Source: Mobula birostris
Lineage: Eukaryota
NCBI RefSeq assembly: GCF_030028105.1
Contig: NC_092379.1
Coordinates: 26,467,821 to 26,531,820, forward strand
Length of the DNA: 64,000 nt
Direction of reading: 5' to 3'
The notes beneath the pieces were generated by a model that was not told the DNA's origin, ran no database searches, and saw only the letters and a program-made list of their open reading frames with translations. Made by a program: the position numbers and the translations under genes. Positions 59,300-64,000 of the stretch are shown one piece after another (within the stretch, counting starts at the first letter, position 1; every line of letters begins with the position of its first letter).

Positions 59300-62200
59300 A
59301 GAGGGGTAGTTCAAGCAAGAAAGTGGGGCCAGTGAAGACGTGGAGGTTTGAGGCTTTGGTTTGAGAGGGTTCTGCGAGAAGAGGCAGATGACGAGCTTGC
59401 TCCCAGTGAGGTAAGGCCGGGTAGGTTTCTTTATTAACTTAATTAAATTAGGAGTACTTAATGGAGGCAGTACATAGGGCAGTCCAATACTCCGATTTTA
59501 GAATGTGGCAAGTCAAGCACAGCACAAATGTCTCAGATGTCTACACCTGCAAAAGGTGCATCCAGCTGCAGATCCAGTCAAACCGAATTTGGAAACTAGA
59601 CTGGAGCTGGATAAACTTCGGATCATTCGGCAGGGAGAGGTTGTAATAGACCGGAGTTTCAGGGAGACAGTCACCCTTAAACGTCAAGAGTCAGGTAACT
59701 GGGTGACAGTCAGCAGAGGGAAGGGGAATAGGCAGAAAGAGCAGAGCACCCCTGTGGCCGTTCCCATCAACAATAAGTATACTCTTTTGGATACTGTTGG
59801 AGGGGACGACCTACCGGGCACAAGTTATAGTTGTTGTGGTGCGTCTCTGACACCGAGACTGGACCCTCCACTCAAAAAGGAAGGAGGGAAAAGACGGGAG
59901 CACCTCTGATAGGGGATTCGATAGTTAGGGGGACAGATATGAGGTTCTGTGCGAGCAATTCTGTTGCCTACCTGGTGCTAGGGTCAGCGATATCTCGGAT
60001 CCAGTACTCGGTATTTTAAGGAGAGAGGGTGAGCAGCCCGATGTCGTGGTCCAGGTGGGGACCAATGACATAGATAGCAGTCGGGATTAGGTCTTGAGGA
60101 ATGTATATAAGGAGTTAAGAAAGAACATTAAAAAGCAGGACCTCAAAGGTGGTATTCTTGGGATTTTTGCCAGTGCCAGGAGACAGAAAGGGTAGGAACG
60201 GGACGTTATGGCAGATGAATGAGTGACTGAAGAGCTGGTGCTGGAGGCAGGTGTTCCGATTTCTAGATCTTTGGGATCTCTTCTCGTGAAGGTCTGAACT
60301 GTATAAAAAGTACGTGCCGCACCTGAACTGGAAAGGGACCAATACGCTGGCGGAGAGATTTGCTAGAACTGTCGTTTCGGGTATAAAGTAATTCAGCGGT
60401 GGTGGGGGGGGGGGGGGGGTTTGGAATCGGAATGTGAGCGCAGAGATCAGGGTAGAAGAACAAGAGTATGATCCTTTGCGTTCTGAGTTGGTGAGGAAGG
60501 ACAGGCAGGGGACACAACTTAAATATAGCCAGTTACAGGGGTTCGGATGTGTCTATTTCAACGCCAGGAGTATCAGGAATAAAGGGGATGAAGTTAGAGC
60601 ATGGATCATGAGAATTATAGGGGAGCTAGGAAGGAGCTTAAGAAATGATTTAGGAGAGCTCGAGGGGGGCATCAGAAGGCCTCGGCACGTATGATTAAGG
60701 AGTACCCCAAGGCGTTCTATGCGTATGTGAAGGACAGACAGATGGCAAGAATGAATTTGGGACCGCTAAACGATAAAGAAGGCAACATGTGCCTGGAAGT
60801 GGAGGAGATTGGGGAGGTTCTCAGTGAATAATTTGCTTCAGTATTCACAGGGAAAAAAATGACCTTAATCAGGGTGAGGACGAAATAGAACAGGCCTGTG
60901 TGCTGGACAATGTGGTGATTAAGGAAGAAAAAGTGTTGTATCTTCATAAAAATATTGATATTGCAATATTGATAAGTCTCCAAGGCCGGACATGATATAC
61001 CAGAGGTTGCTGTGGGAAGTGAGAGAAGAGATAGCTGGAGCAGTAGCTATGATTTTTGCATCCTCTTTGGCTGCAGGAGGATGGAAGAATGGCAAATGCC
61101 GTCACCTAGTTTATAAAAGGTTTTAGGGAGAATCCTAGGAATTATAAACCGGTGAGTCTAACGTCAGTGATCTGCAGACTATCGGAATGGATTCTTATGG
61201 ATAGGATCTACGAGCATTTGGAGAAGTACAGTCTGCTCACAGATAGTCACCATGGCTCTGTGATGGAAGGTCGTGTCTTACGAACTTAATTGAGTTTTTT
61301 GAAGAGATAACAAAATAAATTGAAGAGGGCAGGAAGATAGATGTGGTCTACATGGAATTTAGCAAGGCATTTGGCAAGGTCCCGCAGGCGATACTCATCC
61401 AGAAAATGATGAGGCATGGGATCAGTGGAACCTTGGCTGTTTGGATTTAAAAAAAAAGTCTTTCAGGAAGGAAGCAGAGGATAGTAGTGAAAGGAAAGTA
61501 TTAAGCATGGATGTCAGTGACTAGCGGAGTGCAGCAATGATCCGTCTTGTCACCCCTGCTCTTTGTGATTTTTAGAAATGACCTGGATAAGAAGACGAAA
61601 GGCTGTGTGAGTAACTTTGCGGACGACACGATTATTGGAGGAATTGTGGATAAAGATGTCGGTTGTGGAAGGTTACAAGAGGATTTAGACAAGATGCAAG
61701 GTTGTGCAGAAAAGTGGCAGATGGCGTTCTATCCGGATAAATCTGAGTTGATGCATTTTCGAAGGTAAAACCAGAAAGCTGAGCACAGGGTTAATGATTG
61801 GTTACTTAAGAGTGTGGATGAACAGAGGGACCTTTGCGTTCATATTCATACATCCCTCAAGATCGCTACTCAGTTTGATGGGATAGTTAAGAATGCCTAT
61901 GGGATGCTGGGCTTCATTAATAGGAAGATTGTGTTCAAGAGTAGAGAGACGATGCTGCAAATCTACAAATCTCTGGAGAGACCACACTTGCAGGAAGAAA
62001 GTGTGTTCAGTTCTGATCACCACATTATAGGAAGGATGTGGAAACTATGGAGAGGGTGCAGAGGAGATTTAACAGGATGTTGCCTGGATTGGAAAACAAG
62101 TCGTATGAGCAAGGTTAGCAGAGGTGGGACTTTTCTCTTTGGAGTTTAGAAGGATGAGAGGAGACTTGATAGAGGTCTATAAGATTATATGAGGGAGAGA

Positions 62201-62510
62201 GATTGGATGGATAGCCAGTACCTGTTTCGGAGGGCACGAATAGCAGGCACTGGATGGTATATGTACAAAGTTAAGGGAGGGAAATTTATGGGAGACATCA
62301 AGGGAATCTTGGTCCCTGGAATGACTTGCAGGTGGAGAGTAAAACATCAGGTCTATTTAACAGCCTCCTCGACAGGCTCATGGATGAAAAAAACGATAGA
62401 GTGTTACGGAGTAGAGTGGGTTTCGTACCTTTTCTTTTAAAAATATATGGGTCGGCAAAATTCGAGGGCCGAAGGGCCTGTACTGTGTTTTTGTGTTCTA
62501 GTTTACAAGT
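59300..62510 (+). mobile_element. CR1 LINE with internal deletion in the APE region, degenerate
   Basis: ORF1 (PVAVPINNKY, GDSIVRG, VGTND). The APE start jumps to mid-ORF2 near 60610. RT NFADD and a CR1 3' tail (GGGCCGAAGGGCCTGTACTG). Confidence 0.85.
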
Positions 62511-62689
62511 GTTCTCGTGAAACGCAGCAGTCAGTAATCGTATTGAGTTTGGAGCAAAGTCAAGGTTGCAGTAAAAAGAAAGCCCTTTGCTTATGACTCC
62601 GAACCAGCTCTATTTTGTTTTTTGACATCTTTTCTTCCCTCTTCTTTTCGAAGTTTATTTTGAAGCCCCTGACCTGGAGTTACAATCTG

Positions 62690-63310
62690 ACCTCTGTTCT
62701 TCTGCGGGAATGGGATCAGCTATCAGGGCCTCACAACCGGCAGTTTTTTTTTTTTTAATATTCCGAGGACGTTCATGAAAGACTTGTGCACATTCAGGTG
62801 GCCCGATAAGCGCGACTGACGGACTAATTCAAGGCCTGTGCCCCGGACTGCTGAGTCAGCGGGGAACGTGGAACATCGGGAGCAGCGTTTAGCTGCCGGA
62901 AAAGTGCCCAGAGACGTGAGCTTCTGGGCCAATTTTCTGGGCGCAAAACTCGGAAGAAGCGACACAACAGACTTTAAAATCGTAAATCTGCGAGTTGTGA
63001 GTTATGTCTTCCCTCTTTCTTTGAAGCTGGGACACTTCTTTTTCCTTGATTAGCGAGAGAGTCTGTGGTATGTCGATTTACTGTGTGAAAATGGTACCCC
63101 TTTGGGTACCGCAAGCCAGTGCCCTATTGATGCACTGCTGCACGCTTGAGTGCTCATGGAGGGCGACGGTGTTTTATATCTGGAGGGAGAACGAGCTGGG
63201 CATTGCTTGCTGTTGCTTGTGCTTGGGTGGGGGAGGTGGGGTGCACGTTAAGAGACTTTTTTTTCTGTCATTCATTATTTGGGGCACTTGTTTTTCAGTT
63301 GTTGCTTGAG
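62690..63310 (+). repeat. Unclassified interspersed repeat (probable non-autonomous retroposon)
   Basis: GC-richer block with a T-rich 3' part and no supported ORF. The assignment rests on composition only. Confidence 0.3.
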
Positions 63311-64000
63311 AAGAAAAAACATATTTTCAGGATGTATATAGTATACATTTCTCTGACTTTATATGTACCTATTGAAGCTGTTATTATAGAATATACAATT
63401 CACTTTGAGAGTGCGATGATGAAGTCACTAATATCAGTATAGCAATAAAGAGAACGTACGGATTTCTGAACGCGCGGAAGAGAGCATAGTAGACATAACT
63501 AAGAGTCCTGGAAAGCTGAAAAGTCTGGTTAGACAATTTAATTGGTTCAGACGCACAACACGTAAGCTTTGAGAAGGCAGCATTAGACTGTGGAGGCGGT
63601 ATTTCTGTTTGAGAAAGGAGGGATGCATCCAAAACAAATTATAAGCGAGTTGCACATTCTTCAGTGGTAAGGAATTTCTGAGAGGCATTCTGAAGAAAGA
63701 AGCATCTGTGTGTTTGGGGGTTCGTAATAAATTAGGCTGAGGCGATTATGGATTAACTGAGGGTATATATTGTCCAACAAAATAGGCTGGAAATAATTGA
63801 GAAATTTGCAGGCAGGATTGCCTTATGAGAGTTTGCAAATGACGTTCAGGCAAAAACATTTTGGAAGTCTGTTGACAGGGGCTGAATATTCGCTGCTGAA
63901 CAAAAGCTCATTGCTATTACACGAAATGATAGAAGCATCAAAGGGGTCATAACATATATAAGGCAAGCAATGGAAATAAATGGATATTTCTGTCGGGTTG

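Overview
Repeat-dense vertebrate genomic DNA, most likely a cartilaginous fish (inferred from the CR1/Penelope/Rex-dominated repeat landscape and the shark-type T-cell receptor V segment). About 80-85% is decayed transposable elements: CR1, L1/Tx1, L2-like, Rex1/Babar, RTE and Penelope retroposons, SINE-like repeats and two Gypsy LTR lineages. The only intact host gene is one TCR alpha/delta V segment on the minus strand (leader 24334-24379, V exon 23922-24228, 23-bp-spacer RSS 23883-23921), so the window probably lies in the TCR alpha/delta V array. The most unusual observations are: (1) a myosin-heavy-chain tail fragment inside a Gypsy pol gene where RNaseH/integrase should be; (2) a 5.3-kb three-LTR tandem array of a non-autonomous sushi-type chromovirus with one target-site duplication and a PBS complementary to its own predicted transcript start (self-priming); (3) Penelope-derived palindromes with minimal hammerhead ribozyme motifs; (4) an HDV-like fold at the 5' end of an RTE-derived element. 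All family assignments and alignments were made by eye against remembered sequences. No database search or folding program was run, and repeat boundaries lacking a TSD are approximate.
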